A stretch of DNA of 62,221 nucleotides from Clostridia bacterium (GTDB lineage Bacteria > Bacillota > Clostridia > UMGS1883 > UMGS1540): assembly GCA_045590155.1 (NCBI GenBank), contig JAZNQL010000019.1, positions 1 to 62,221 on the forward strand. The letters run 5' to 3'. Both the position numbers and the translations under genes were made by a program. Below, piece by piece: positions 8,248 to 18,023 of the stretch. The stretch's first letter is position 1; each line of letters starts with the position of its first letter. Under the pieces are notes generated by a model, which saw only the letters and a program-made list of their open reading frames with translations, was not told where the DNA came from and ran no database searches.

Positions 8248-10893
8248 ATGAAAAAAATTTTGTCATTTGCACTGGTTTTAGTTCTTATGCTTACCACACT
8301 GGTAACCCCCGCAAGTGCTTTAACTTTTGCAGAAAAACTCATCAACGGTTGGACAGGCGACCTCGATAACATAAACTTTATCGAAGCCTGGTTCAAAGAA
8401 TACAAAGGTCTTGAAGGCGATGCTTTATGGGCATATCTTGAAGAAGAATCAGATTATGTTATTCCTTTAAAGGACGTTGCTTTTGATGATATTGCAGGTT
8501 TAGATTCCGAAGAAGCAGTTAAGGCTTTAGGTAAACTTGGTATTGTAACAGGAAGAGAAGAAGGAAAATATTTCCCCAATGCTTCTTTAACACGTGCCGA
8601 AATGGTTACAATTCTTTTAAGAGTTTTCGGTCAGAACGAATACAAGGGCGATTTTAAGTTTGACGACGTTTTAGAATCCCACTGGGCATATAAAAACGTA
8701 TTAACAGCTTACGGAATGGGTATTGTAAACGGTACTTCGGCTACAACCTTCTCCCCTGACCTTGCTCTTACATACGAACAGGCAGTTAAAATGCTTGTTT
8801 CTGCCCTTGGGTATGATGCAAAAGCGGTTGCTCTTGGCGGATGGCCCACAGGCTACATAGCACAGGCAGAAGCAATGAATATTTTGGGTTCAACAAAGCC
8901 CGCAAATACCTCTTCAGAAATTAACCGCGGTACAATGGCTCAGCTTTTAAATAACTCAATTAAAGCTACCGAGCTTGCTATTGACTATGTTGACCCTTAT
9001 AAAGAAAAAATCCGTTTAAAGAAAGCTCCCAAAGAGCTTGAATTTATTGCTTTGGACACACCCATGATGAATGTTGACCGTACTTTGGCAACATACGAAT
9101 CCTGCAACGAATGGGATACACTTGCCGTTCTTCAGTCGAAATTTGACAACAAGGTTATCGGCGGTGTTAAATTTGACTATGTTGGCGGTTCATACGATTA
9201 CAGAAATATGGACGCTTGGCAGTGGATTCGCGATGAAAAGCTCCGTATGACATTCGATAACAAGCTTACCATAGAATCTTTCAGAGATATGGTTACAGAT
9301 CCAATGTACGAAACAGGTCTTAACGTTGCAATGTACGAATTATACAGTGACGATCCCCGCCACGACAACTGGGCTGCTCTTAATACCCTTTTTGACGAAT
9401 GTGACGAAGTTTTGGCAGAACGCCCCGGCTTACGTTCAAGCATAGTAGTTCAGTGCGGTACAGGCAGACGTAACAAACAGTATGGCCTTTACAACACAGG
9501 TTCGGAAACTGTTTTCACAAAAACTCCTTGTCCTCTTTCTGAAGAATACTGGAGAGTTCAGTGTTTTGAAAGATTTGCACTTGCTGCTTTAAGAGATAAT
9601 ATTAAAATAGTTTGTTACGACTGGGAAATGTACAGTGCTGACTCATCTCAGTACCCCGGCCCCTGCTTCTGTGACGACTGTTACAGCACCTTCGTAAATG
9701 ACAGAGGATATGCTAATAACGATACTATTGCAAAAGCTGAATCAACTGTAAGAAAAAATACTATTTTTGATTCAGGTCTTTTCCAAGAATACAGATGGTA
9801 TCAGGCCGAATGCATGATAGATATGTGCCAGAAGTACGTTAAGGCTATTCACGAAATTAACCCCAATCAGATTCAGGCATATATGCCTTTCTATGAAACT
9901 ATCAATGGTATCTCGCGTGCACTTGGCAGTCCATGGATGCCTTCGCTTTGTTTAGAAGAAGGTACATATTCAGGTTCACTTTTAGACGTTGCAACACGTC
10001 AGGAACAGGTTGAACGCGATGGTTTACCCCTTGCAACCTGCGTAGGTCTTTGGAACGACCCCATTAACCCTGAAGACTTCCCTGCAAAAATGAACTATGC
10101 TTCGTACGATTCCGACGGATTCTGGGTATACACAGCACGTAACTTCGAAGACGGCAAAACTTATACACATCTTACCGACGGTGTTGAAAGAAATGGTGAA
10201 CTTTACAGACAGGCTTGGGCAAAAGGTACCGCAATGCTTGATGAATACTTGAAGACAGGTCAAAGACTTCCCGATGAAGTATATGATATTTGGGAATACA
10301 CGGTTAAAAAGATAGATGGCGAACCCACAGATGCTGACTGGGAAAAAGCTGAATGGACACAGCTTTTCGGTAAGAATGACGGTACACAGGATACAGGTAA
10401 AGTAACAAGCACAAAAGCTAAAATGCTTTGGGACGGCAAAAACATTTACGCCCAGATTCATAATTACGAACCATATATGGACGAACTTGGCGAACCTACT
10501 GTAGGTGCCCGTGACGTGTGGAGCTGGACAAAGCAGGAATGTAACGAACTTTTCTGGAAGTTCTATGATACTGCACAGGGTATACATTTAGCATCAAATC
10601 GTGAAGCTTGTAACATTTACGACTCGTGCATAACATCTGTTGGTGTTCAATCAACAATTTACGATTTCGATATTTCCGTTAAATCACAGGATTATGCGGA
10701 TAAATGGGTTATGACCTTCCGTGTTCCCCTTACAGTTGACAATATAAGATATGCACAAAGCGGCGAAAAGATTAAGGTTTTACTTGGCAGATACCGTCAG
10801 CATCCTTCCCAAACAGGTAACTGGTGCTGGGCTACTGTAAACGGCCCTTATATTACATCAATGAGCCTTTGGGGCACAGCTTATTTAGAATAG
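8248..10893 (+). CDS. Secreted SLH-domain protein with putative glycoside-hydrolase-like barrel and CBM9/DOMON-like C-terminal domain (paralogue 1)
   Basis: Signal peptide; SLH motifs (GIVTG, LTRAE, HWA, INRG); PCP..YW, DWEMY, CFCDDC; KIDG..DW..A / KMLWD. Alternative start at 8242. Confidence 0.75.
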   Translation: MKKILSFALVLVLMLTTLVTPASALTFAEKLINGWTGDLDNINFIEAWFKEYKGLEGDALWAYLEEESDYVIPLKDVAFDDIAGLDSEEAVKALGKLGIVTGREEGKYFPNASLTRAEMVTILLRVFGQNEYKGDFKFDDVLESHWAYKNVLTAYGMGIVNGTSATTFSPDLALTYEQAVKMLVSALGYDAKAVALGGWPTGYIAQAEAMNILGSTKPANTSSEINRGTMAQLLNNSIKATELAIDYVDPYKEKIRLKKAPKELEFIALDTPMMNVDRTLATYESCNEWDTLAVLQSKFDNKVIGGVKFDYVGGSYDYRNMDAWQWIRDEKLRMTFDNKLTIESFRDMVTDPMYETGLNVAMYELYSDDPRHDNWAALNTLFDECDEVLAERPGLRSSIVVQCGTGRRNKQYGLYNTGSETVFTKTPCPLSEEYWRVQCFERFALAALRDNIKIVCYDWEMYSADSSQYPGPCFCDDCYSTFVNDRGYANNDTIAKAESTVRKNTIFDSGLFQEYRWYQAECMIDMCQKYVKAIHEINPNQIQAYMPFYETINGISRALGSPWMPSLCLEEGTYSGSLLDVATRQEQVERDGLPLATCVGLWNDPINPEDFPAKMNYASYDSDGFWVYTARNFEDGKTYTHLTDGVERNGELYRQAWAKGTAMLDEYLKTGQRLPDEVYDIWEYTVKKIDGEPTDADWEKAEWTQLFGKNDGTQDTGKVTSTKAKMLWDGKNIYAQIHNYEPYMDELGEPTVGARDVWSWTKQECNELFWKFYDTAQGIHLASNREACNIYDSCITSVGVQSTIYDFDISVKSQDYADKWVMTFRVPLTVDNIRYAQSGEKIKVLLGRYRQHPSQTGNWCWATVNGPYITSMSLWGTAYLE

Positions 10894-10915
10894 TTTGAAA
10901 TTTAAATTTAATCTT

Positions 10916-10945
10916 ACATTAGCAGGCTAAAAAGCCTGCTAATGT
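10916..10945 (+). terminator. Stem-loop between the SLH paralogues
   Basis: ACATTAGCAGGCT-AAAA-AGCCTGCTAATGT; short U-tract, so possibly a leaky terminator or stabiliser. Confidence 0.65.
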
Positions 10946-10973
10946 TCCCTTTAAAAAGCAAGGAGATGAAAAA

Positions 10974-13640
10974 ATGAAAAAATTTACGGTGTTTTTACTT
11001 ACTCTTATTCTGGTTTTTTCCACTATGCAGGGATTAGTTTTAGCGGCTAAAACAACTGCCGAAAGAATTGTTGACTCATGGAACGGTGACGGCGAGTTGG
11101 TTCCTTTTATTGAACAATGGTATGAGATAGAAAAAGGTCTTACAGGCGATGCCTTAACAGAACATCTTGAAAAAGACTATGAATATATTATTCCCTTTAC
11201 AGATGTAACTTTTTACGATATTGCAGGCAAAGACTCCAAAGATGCTGTTTCTTTGCTTGGTAAACTTGGCATTGTAACAGGAAGAGAAGAAGGAAAATAT
11301 TTCCCCGACGCATCTTTAACCCGTGCCGAAATGGTTACAATCCTTTTAAGAGTTTTCGGGCAGGATGAGTACACGGGCACCTTTAAATTTGACGACGTTG
11401 CAGATTCCCATTGGGCATACAAAAACGTAATGATGGCTTACGGAATGAAGATTGTAAACGGAACCTCGGCTACAACCTTCTCCCCCGATCTTGCTCTTAC
11501 ATACGAACAGGCAGTTAAAATGCTTGTTTCGGCATTCGGATATGATGCACAGGCAGTAGAGCTTGGCGGTTGGCCTATCGGTTATATTGCACAGGCAGAA
11601 AAAATGGGCTTTTTAGGCTCAACAAAGCCTGAAAATACTGCTACCGAAATTAACAGAGGAACAATGGCCCAGCTTCTTTATAACGCACTCGATGTAAAGG
11701 AATATGCTATCGACTATGTTGACCCTTACAGAGAAGAAATTGCATTAAAAAACAATGCCGAGTTAATTCCTTTTGATGTTCCTATGATTAAAAAGGACCG
11801 TACAGTCGTAAATCCTTCGGCAGATTGCAACGAATGGGATACAATGGCCCTTCTTTCGTGCAAGGCTGACAAAAAAGTGGTGGGTGCGGTTATTCAGGAC
11901 TACATGGGTGGCGACAAGAGTTTACGAAATCCCGTTGCGTGGGAGCTTGCCGATACCAAAAAGCTCCGTATGGTTTACGGAATGCGACCTTACCTTGACA
12001 TATTTAATCACGAAATAGGCGATGCTATCGTCAGCACAGGAATAAACCTTTTATGTGTAGACTTTACAGGCGGTGTTGGGCAATATGACAGATTCTCAAA
12101 CGTTGAAGAAATTTTGGATACGCTTGACGAATACTGTAAGCAGAATCCCGACTTAAAGATTGTTATTTCACAGCAATGCGGTACAGGTAAAAACAACACT
12201 TTATACGGCACTTTCCATTCGGGAACAACAAAAGAATATACAAAAACTCCATGTCCTTTATCTGAAGAGTACTGGAAGGTTCAGTGTTTTGAAAAAATGG
12301 CTCTTATTGCAACACATCCTTCAGTTTACGCTATAAATTTTGACTGGGAAATGTACGGTGCAGATGCTACACACTATTCTGACTACTGCCATTGCGACAA
12401 CTGCTTTAACCGTTTTGTTACAGGCAGAGGCTACGAAAACCTTGCCGATACAGCTGCTACCGAGCGTAAAGCTGCATTACAGAGTGCAGGTCTTGTAAAC
12501 GAATATAACTGGTACCAGAAAGAATGCATGATAAGCATGGTTCAAAAATGGGTTAAGGCTTTACACGAAATTAACCCCAACCTTATCCTTGGTTATATGC
12601 CTTTCTATGAACAGGGTATAAATGGTATAACCCGTGCACTCGGCACTCCCCAAATGCCCTGCATAAATTTTGAAGAAGGTACTTACTGGGGCAACGTTTA
12701 CGATGTATTGGATAAAATAGAAACATATAAAAACCAAGGCGTGCCTGTTGTCTCTTTGACAGGGCTTTGGAACGACCCTCTTCCTGCCGAAGAATTTACA
12801 GAGCATATTGAAGAAGTATCCTACCATACCGACGGATACTGGGTATATGCGGCTAATTATTTCAGAGATAACACCAATTATACATTTCAGGCTTTAGACG
12901 GCATTGAGCGTAGCGGCAAGCTTTATCTTGAAGCTTTAGCTAAAGGTAACGATCTTATTGACGAGTATCTTAAGACTGGGAAGGCTGTTCCAAAGCCTTA
13001 TCTTGAAAATCCTGAATACGAGTGTGCTCGTATAGACGGTGAACCAACAAAAGAAGACTGGGCAAATACTCCTGACACAGAAAGCTTCAGACAACCCATA
13101 CGTCATTATCTTGCAAATAATGTAAGATCTTCTGCAAAGATGCTTTGGGACGGTCAAAATATGTATGTACGTATAACAAATTATACAAAAAACTTTGCTT
13201 CTATTCCTGAACAACTCAAGCTTGAACGTGATGCTCTTACAAGAAGAGGACAGGAAGTAAACGACGTTTTATGGGCGTTCCCCGGTTCACGAGAAGGGGT
13301 TCATATTATGGCAAACAAGGATGCCGGAAGTATTTATGATGCTTATATAAATAACGGAATCGAAGATTCTTCACGTAACTGGGATGGTATTGAGGTTTCG
13401 AGTTTTGACAGTGAATCTGCTTTGAACGAATGGGTTATGACCTTTAAAATCCCCCTTACCATTGACGGTAAAAATTATGCAAAGCAGGGCGATGTAATTA
13501 AAGTATTGCTTTATACTTCAACAAGCCATCCTTCAGACCCGCGTCCTATGCTTTGGTCAGCGACAACAAACTCTTATATGGGTGCAGGCCTTTTAACTCA
13601 AGCTAACATGGAAAAATGGAGTAATGTTACTTTAAAATAA
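10974..13640 (+). CDS. Secreted SLH-domain protein, paralogue 2 with the same architecture
   Basis: Colinear with 8248-10893: SLH block, TKTPCPLSEEYW, DWEMY, CHCDNC, EEGTY, RIDG..DW, KMLWDG. Confidence 0.75.
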   Translation: MKKFTVFLLTLILVFSTMQGLVLAAKTTAERIVDSWNGDGELVPFIEQWYEIEKGLTGDALTEHLEKDYEYIIPFTDVTFYDIAGKDSKDAVSLLGKLGIVTGREEGKYFPDASLTRAEMVTILLRVFGQDEYTGTFKFDDVADSHWAYKNVMMAYGMKIVNGTSATTFSPDLALTYEQAVKMLVSAFGYDAQAVELGGWPIGYIAQAEKMGFLGSTKPENTATEINRGTMAQLLYNALDVKEYAIDYVDPYREEIALKNNAELIPFDVPMIKKDRTVVNPSADCNEWDTMALLSCKADKKVVGAVIQDYMGGDKSLRNPVAWELADTKKLRMVYGMRPYLDIFNHEIGDAIVSTGINLLCVDFTGGVGQYDRFSNVEEILDTLDEYCKQNPDLKIVISQQCGTGKNNTLYGTFHSGTTKEYTKTPCPLSEEYWKVQCFEKMALIATHPSVYAINFDWEMYGADATHYSDYCHCDNCFNRFVTGRGYENLADTAATERKAALQSAGLVNEYNWYQKECMISMVQKWVKALHEINPNLILGYMPFYEQGINGITRALGTPQMPCINFEEGTYWGNVYDVLDKIETYKNQGVPVVSLTGLWNDPLPAEEFTEHIEEVSYHTDGYWVYAANYFRDNTNYTFQALDGIERSGKLYLEALAKGNDLIDEYLKTGKAVPKPYLENPEYECARIDGEPTKEDWANTPDTESFRQPIRHYLANNVRSSAKMLWDGQNMYVRITNYTKNFASIPEQLKLERDALTRRGQEVNDVLWAFPGSREGVHIMANKDAGSIYDAYINNGIEDSSRNWDGIEVSSFDSESALNEWVMTFKIPLTIDGKNYAKQGDVIKVLLYTSTSHPSDPRPMLWSATTNSYMGAGLLTQANMEKWSNVTLK

Positions 13641-13649
13641 TCTTTTATA

Positions 13650-13686
13650 CAAATAACCGACAGGCAAAAAGCCTGTCGGTTATTTG
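13650..13686. terminator. Bidirectional terminator
   Basis: CAAATAACCGACAGGC-AAAAA-GCCTGTCGGTTATTTG between convergent genes. Confidence 0.85.
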
Positions 13687-14492
13687 TTTTTTAAATGTTT
13701 TTTATGTTCCGACGGAGAAACCCCGAAGTTTTTTTTATACAATTTATAAAAGGTTGAATAGTTTGAAAAGCCGTATTTAAGACTTATATTCTGTGCCTTT
13801 TCGCCTTTGTGTATTTCGGCATACGCCGACATAAGCCTTTTTTGTAATATATAATTTTTTATGCTTATGCCAAAGTTTGTTTTAAAGGCGTGCGAAATAT
13901 GCGAAACCGAATAATTAAACCTGCTTGCAAGGCTTTTGAGATTTAAATCTTTTTCAAAGTTATTATCGATATATATCATAAGCTCTTCCAGAAAAGAAAG
14001 CTCTTTGCTTTTTGTTTCTTTTGTTGTATTTTGGCTATATTTTATTGCATAAACAATATCTGTTGCAACACAGGATAAAATTTTATCAAAATCTTCTTTA
14101 GTTACTTTTGAATAACATTCAATAAGATATTTCATATTTTTTACTATTCTGTCCGAAGACAAAAGTGTAAGTATATTCTTCCCTTCAACTGCCTGTTCTA
14201 AAATTCTTTCGTCAATAAAATCGGGATGAATGTTTATTATACACCTTTCGTAATTTTCAACCTCGTCCAAAACGTGAAATTTGTGATATATTCCCGGCAA
14301 AATGATTACAAGCTGATTGGGTAAAAGTGTTTGCTTTATATTTTTGTTTATAAATTCCACTTTTCCGCTTAAAAACAAATATATTTCGCAATGGGAATGA
14401 AATTGCATTTCGTTATAAATACCGGTATCGCCCTTTTGATAAATAAAATCTACAAAATCACTTTCGTACACTTGTCTTTTTGCACCTGTCAT
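13680..14492 (-). CDS. AraC family transcriptional regulator
   Basis: N-terminal cupin-like FHSHCEI; C-terminal double HTH with GFSNYSTFYKLYKKNFGVSP. Confidence 0.9.
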   Translation of the reverse strand: MTGAKRQVYESDFVDFIYQKGDTGIYNEMQFHSHCEIYLFLSGKVEFINKNIKQTLLPNQLVIILPGIYHKFHVLDEVENYERCIINIHPDFIDERILEQAVEGKNILTLLSSDRIVKNMKYLIECYSKVTKEDFDKILSCVATDIVYAIKYSQNTTKETKSKELSFLEELMIYIDNNFEKDLNLKSLASRFNYSVSHISHAFKTNFGISIKNYILQKRLMSAYAEIHKGEKAQNISLKYGFSNYSTFYKLYKKNFGVSPSEHKKHLKNK

Positions 14493-14623
14493 TTTGCCAC
14501 CTCCCGTTATTTTTACTCATTTTAACATAAGACAAAAATTTTTGCAATGTTTTTAATTTTTATTGATTTCCCCCTTTTTTTGGTGTATAATTTTACATAT
14601 TTATTATACGGAGGATAAAATTT

Positions 14624-15589
14624 ATGACTTGGTTTTTATTTGCACTTATTTGTACTCTTGGCTGGGGCTTTGCTGACCTTTTCTATAAAAAAGGTTCTGA
14701 CGAGCAGGATTCTCAATCTCATCTTAAAATAGCAGTTTGGGTTGGTCTTGTTATGGGCGTGTGCGCTATTTGCTTACTGCCCTTTTCAGAAACAAGCTTT
14801 TCGTTTGCTTCGCTTTTAGACAATTCTGTTAAATATTTACCCGCTTCGCTTTGCTACATTATTTCCATGGTTATAGGCTATGCGGGTCTTCGATACTTAG
14901 AGCTTTCTATTGTATCGCCTGTTCAGAATGCTTCGGGCGCTCTCTCGGCAGCGTGTATGCTTATATACTTTTTAGTAATAGGCAAAATTGCAAACATAGG
15001 CGAAGAGCTTGCACCTCTTGACATTATAGGAACTCTTTTTATAATTATAGGCGTTATTGCTCTTGCTTTTGTTGAACAGCATTTATCACGCAAAGAAAGC
15101 GACTTGCCAAAAAGCGAAAAGAAGTACCGTTTTGGTGCTCTGGCACTTTTATTCCCCATTCTTTACTGTGTTTTTGACACAATAGGAACTGCTGCTGACG
15201 GAATAATCCTTGACGAAGAGGTTGGTCTTGGCCTTGGCGAAATTGACGTTATTATTTTATACGGTCTTACCTTCCTTTTAGCAGGTATTGCAGCATGGAT
15301 ATATATGCTTATTAAAAACAAAAAAGCTTACAATCCTTTTGCAAAGGGCGAAGGCAACAAAGGTATTGCAGCTTGCTGTGAAGAATTCGGTCAGATTTTT
15401 TATGTATATGCAATGGCAACAAAGCCCGTGCTTGCAGCTCCCATGATAGCATCTTACTGTATAGTATCGGTTATTCTTTCGAGAATATTTATAAAAGAAA
15501 AGCTTAAAGCTTCGCAGTATGCTTGTGTTATTTCAGTAATACTGGGTATTGTTCTTTTAGGCATATCGGAAGGTCTTGCAGAGGCTTAA
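14624..15589 (+). CDS. EamA/DMT family transporter
   Basis: About 10 hydrophobic segments; WGFADLFYK, LSIVSP and IFIKEKL motifs. Confidence 0.8.
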   Translation: MTWFLFALICTLGWGFADLFYKKGSDEQDSQSHLKIAVWVGLVMGVCAICLLPFSETSFSFASLLDNSVKYLPASLCYIISMVIGYAGLRYLELSIVSPVQNASGALSAACMLIYFLVIGKIANIGEELAPLDIIGTLFIIIGVIALAFVEQHLSRKESDLPKSEKKYRFGALALLFPILYCVFDTIGTAADGIILDEEVGLGLGEIDVIILYGLTFLLAGIAAWIYMLIKNKKAYNPFAKGEGNKGIAACCEEFGQIFYVYAMATKPVLAAPMIASYCIVSVILSRIFIKEKLKASQYACVISVILGIVLLGISEGLAEA

Positions 15590-15603
15590 TTTTAAATTAT
15601 TTT

Positions 15604-15635
15604 AAGGCGGTGTAATTTTTACACCGCCTTTTTTT
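15604..15635. terminator. Intrinsic terminator
   Basis: AAGGCGGTGTAA-TTT-TTACACCGCCTT followed by a T-run. Confidence 0.85.
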
Positions 15636-16335
15636 ATAACAAAACTTCTTTATTAGTTCCGTAAAAGATATCGTCATGTCCCGAAATAAGTTTGAAAAAT
15701 TCTTCTGTCTCTCTCCAGCAGTCACGGTCGTTATGAATATCACATTCGTAAGAATGTACCCAAACATAACAAAGCTGAGGAGTTTCGGGTTTTAAGTTTA
15801 TAAACTTTTCTGCAACCTCAAATGCCTTTTCCCCTTCTTCTATAACATGTACCGAAGGATTAAAAAGAAGTAAGTCGTCCTGCTTATCAAATCCGAAGGT
15901 TGACTGAACGGTTCTTGCATACTTCATTCCCGTATTATTTCGTATAACGTCTGCAACATGCTGTGTTACTCCGCCCGAAGGGTATGCCATACCAACAACT
16001 TCATATCCGCAAAGTTCTGAAAGACGAAGCCTGTCCTCTTCAACCTCGCGTATTATCTCACGTTCTGAAAGCTTTGGAAGATAAGGATGCGAAAGGGTAT
16101 GCCCTGCTACCTCGTGTCCTTCATAAACACTTCTTACCTCTTCGTGCTTTATTTTTTTGCGGATCATTTTCCCTCCCCAGAATGTAGAGCCTAAAAAATC
16201 CACACCCAAAAGCTCGTAGTTTAAATTAAATGTGCCTTTCATTCCATATTTATTTAAAAGCTCTATCATTCTTATGTCCTGAACAACTCCGTCATCAAAA
16301 CTGAAGGTTACCGCTTTCATTTTATTTCCAAACAT
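15634..16335 (-). CDS. Polysaccharide deacetylase (NodB/CE4-like)
   Basis: TFSFDDG, HEVAGHTLSHP and MAYPSG motifs; RBS GGGAGG before the ATG at 16335. Confidence 0.85.
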   Translation of the reverse strand: MFGNKMKAVTFSFDDGVVQDIRMIELLNKYGMKGTFNLNYELLGVDFLGSTFWGGKMIRKKIKHEEVRSVYEGHEVAGHTLSHPYLPKLSEREIIREVEEDRLRLSELCGYEVVGMAYPSGGVTQHVADVIRNNTGMKYARTVQSTFGFDKQDDLLLFNPSVHVIEEGEKAFEVAEKFINLKPETPQLCYVWVHSYECDIHNDRDCWRETEEFFKLISGHDDIFYGTNKEVLL

Positions 16336-16351
16336 GATTTCTCCTCCCAAA

Positions 16352-16389
16352 AAATAAAGGAAAAGCAATACTTGCTTTTCCTTTATTTT
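16352..16389 (-). terminator. Terminator after the CofE-like gene, overlapped by a SigA promoter (16385-16413) for the deacetylase
   Basis: AAAATAAAGGAAAAGCAA / TTGCTTTTCCTTTATTTT inverted repeat; minus strand TTGAAA-17nt-TAAAAT. Confidence 0.65.
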
Positions 16390-16424
16390 ATCATTTTAAT
16401 TAAATCTTTTCAAGTAAATATTTT

Positions 16425-17624
16425 TTAATTTGTGTAATTATCAAAGTATCCTTGAACCAATACAACGGGTGTTCCTTTATCGCCCGATCCGCTTGTTAAG
16501 TCGCAAAGCGAGCCTATAAGGTCGGTAAGTTGGCGGGGTGTTGTTCCCTGCGATGCCATACTTCCCTTTAAGTCGGCATCCTTTTTACGGATACTTTCGC
16601 TTATTGCATCCTTTAAAGCCTGTCCCGATAAATCTTTAAAATCGTTATCAGCAAGATATTTTAACTTGATTTCGTTTGGTGTTCCTATAAGACCATCGGT
16701 AAATGCGGGAGATACAACGGGGTCTGCAAGTTGCCATATTTTACCCTGGGGATCTTTGAAAGCTCCGTCGCCGTATACCATTACTTCAACGTGTTTTCCT
16801 GTTTCGTCAAAAATTCTCTTCTGAATGTCTAAAACAAGGTCTTTACATTCGCGAGGGAAGAGCTTAATCTTATCTTCGGTTGATTTGTTTGAACCTAAAA
16901 GTCCGTACTTTTCGTTAAATCCACTGCCGTTTATGGGAGCGTTTATAATATCGTCAAGTCCGCAAACAATTTTTGCACCTGCTTCTTTTAATATACGTTT
17001 TGTTCTTTTTCTTGTATGTATATCGCAGGTAAGAATGCAATCTGCATAATCCAAAATTGCTTTTGGCTGGTTTGCAAAAATAATTTCAGCCTCTGCACCG
17101 CTTTCGCGTATAATATCTCCATAGTATTCAACATAGTCAATCCCTGTGAATTCGTGACGGTTTACGCCAAAAAGTTCACGGTAACGTGCTTCTGTCAAAA
17201 CATCGGAATAAGGATTTACTCCCGCTTCGTCAATTTTATCAAGACTTACAAGTGCATTTCCTACTTCGTCTGAAGGATACGAAAGCATAAGAACAACTTT
17301 TTTCGCACCTTTTGCAATAGCTCTTAAGCATATTGCGAAACGATTTCTTGAAAGTATGGGGAATATAACTCCCACTGTTCCTCCGCCGAGTTTTGCTTTT
17401 ACATCGGCAGCTATATCGTCAACTGACGCATAGTTGCCCTGTGCACGTGCTACTATGGATTCTGTTATGGAAATAACGTCTTTGTCGTAAATATCAAAGC
17501 CTTCGCATTCAGCAGCTTCCAAAACACTGTCTGCCACTATTGCCGCAAGATTGTCGCCTTCTCTTATAATAGGGCAACGTATTCCGCGCGATACGGTTCC
17601 AACTCGTCTTTCGTTTTCTTTCAT
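16425..17624 (-). CDS. Coenzyme F420-0:L-glutamate ligase (CofE)-like protein
   Basis: PIIREGDNL, ITESIVARAQG, VMVYGDG and GSGDKGTPVVLVQGY motifs; RBS AAGGAG. Confidence 0.75.
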   Translation of the reverse strand: MKENERRVGTVSRGIRCPIIREGDNLAAIVADSVLEAAECEGFDIYDKDVISITESIVARAQGNYASVDDIAADVKAKLGGGTVGVIFPILSRNRFAICLRAIAKGAKKVVLMLSYPSDEVGNALVSLDKIDEAGVNPYSDVLTEARYRELFGVNRHEFTGIDYVEYYGDIIRESGAEAEIIFANQPKAILDYADCILTCDIHTRKRTKRILKEAGAKIVCGLDDIINAPINGSGFNEKYGLLGSNKSTEDKIKLFPRECKDLVLDIQKRIFDETGKHVEVMVYGDGAFKDPQGKIWQLADPVVSPAFTDGLIGTPNEIKLKYLADNDFKDLSGQALKDAISESIRKKDADLKGSMASQGTTPRQLTDLIGSLCDLTSGSGDKGTPVVLVQGYFDNYTN

Positions 17625-17785
17625 ACATATATCTCCTTTATTCCAATATAAACACACTAATTTTACCCAAAAAAGGGAAAATAAAAGAGGGTATGATAAC
17701 TCAACAAAAGAGGCATAAACAATGCATTCTTTTATCTATTTACGTTATCAATTACCTCTCGTAGTTTGGTATAAAATATACCGTT

Positions 17786-17872
17786 TGGTGCAGGTAACAG
17801 GACTTGAACCTGCATGAAATTGCTTTCACATGGACCTGAACCATGCGCGTCTGCCAATTCCGCCATACCTGC
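17786..17872 (-). tRNA. tRNA-Leu(CAG)
   Basis: GCAGGTATGGCGGAATTGGCAGACGCG-CATGG-TTCAGGT-CCATG, long variable arm, GGTTCAAGTCC T-loop, encoded CCA. Confidence 0.97.
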
Positions 17873-17906
17873 GTAATTCAATTTTAGGTACTAAAAGTAC
17901 TGAAAT

Positions 17907-17935
17907 ATTATACTTCATTTTCGCTTTTATTGCAA
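17907..17935 (-). promoter_or_regulatory. SigA promoter of tRNA-Leu
   Basis: TTGCAA-17nt-TATAAT. Confidence 0.75.
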
Positions 17936-18023
17936 GAGTTTTTTTATAAAAATCCTATTTTTTTGAAAAAATTTTACACTCTCGGGAAAGAATATAAATA
18001 ATACCGCAGAAGGGAGCTTGTTT

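Noticed and set aside
13680-17872. Genomic island integrated at tRNA-Leu
   Set aside because: No integrase, and by eye no duplicate of the tRNA 3' end (TGGTGCAGGTAACAGG) in the window.
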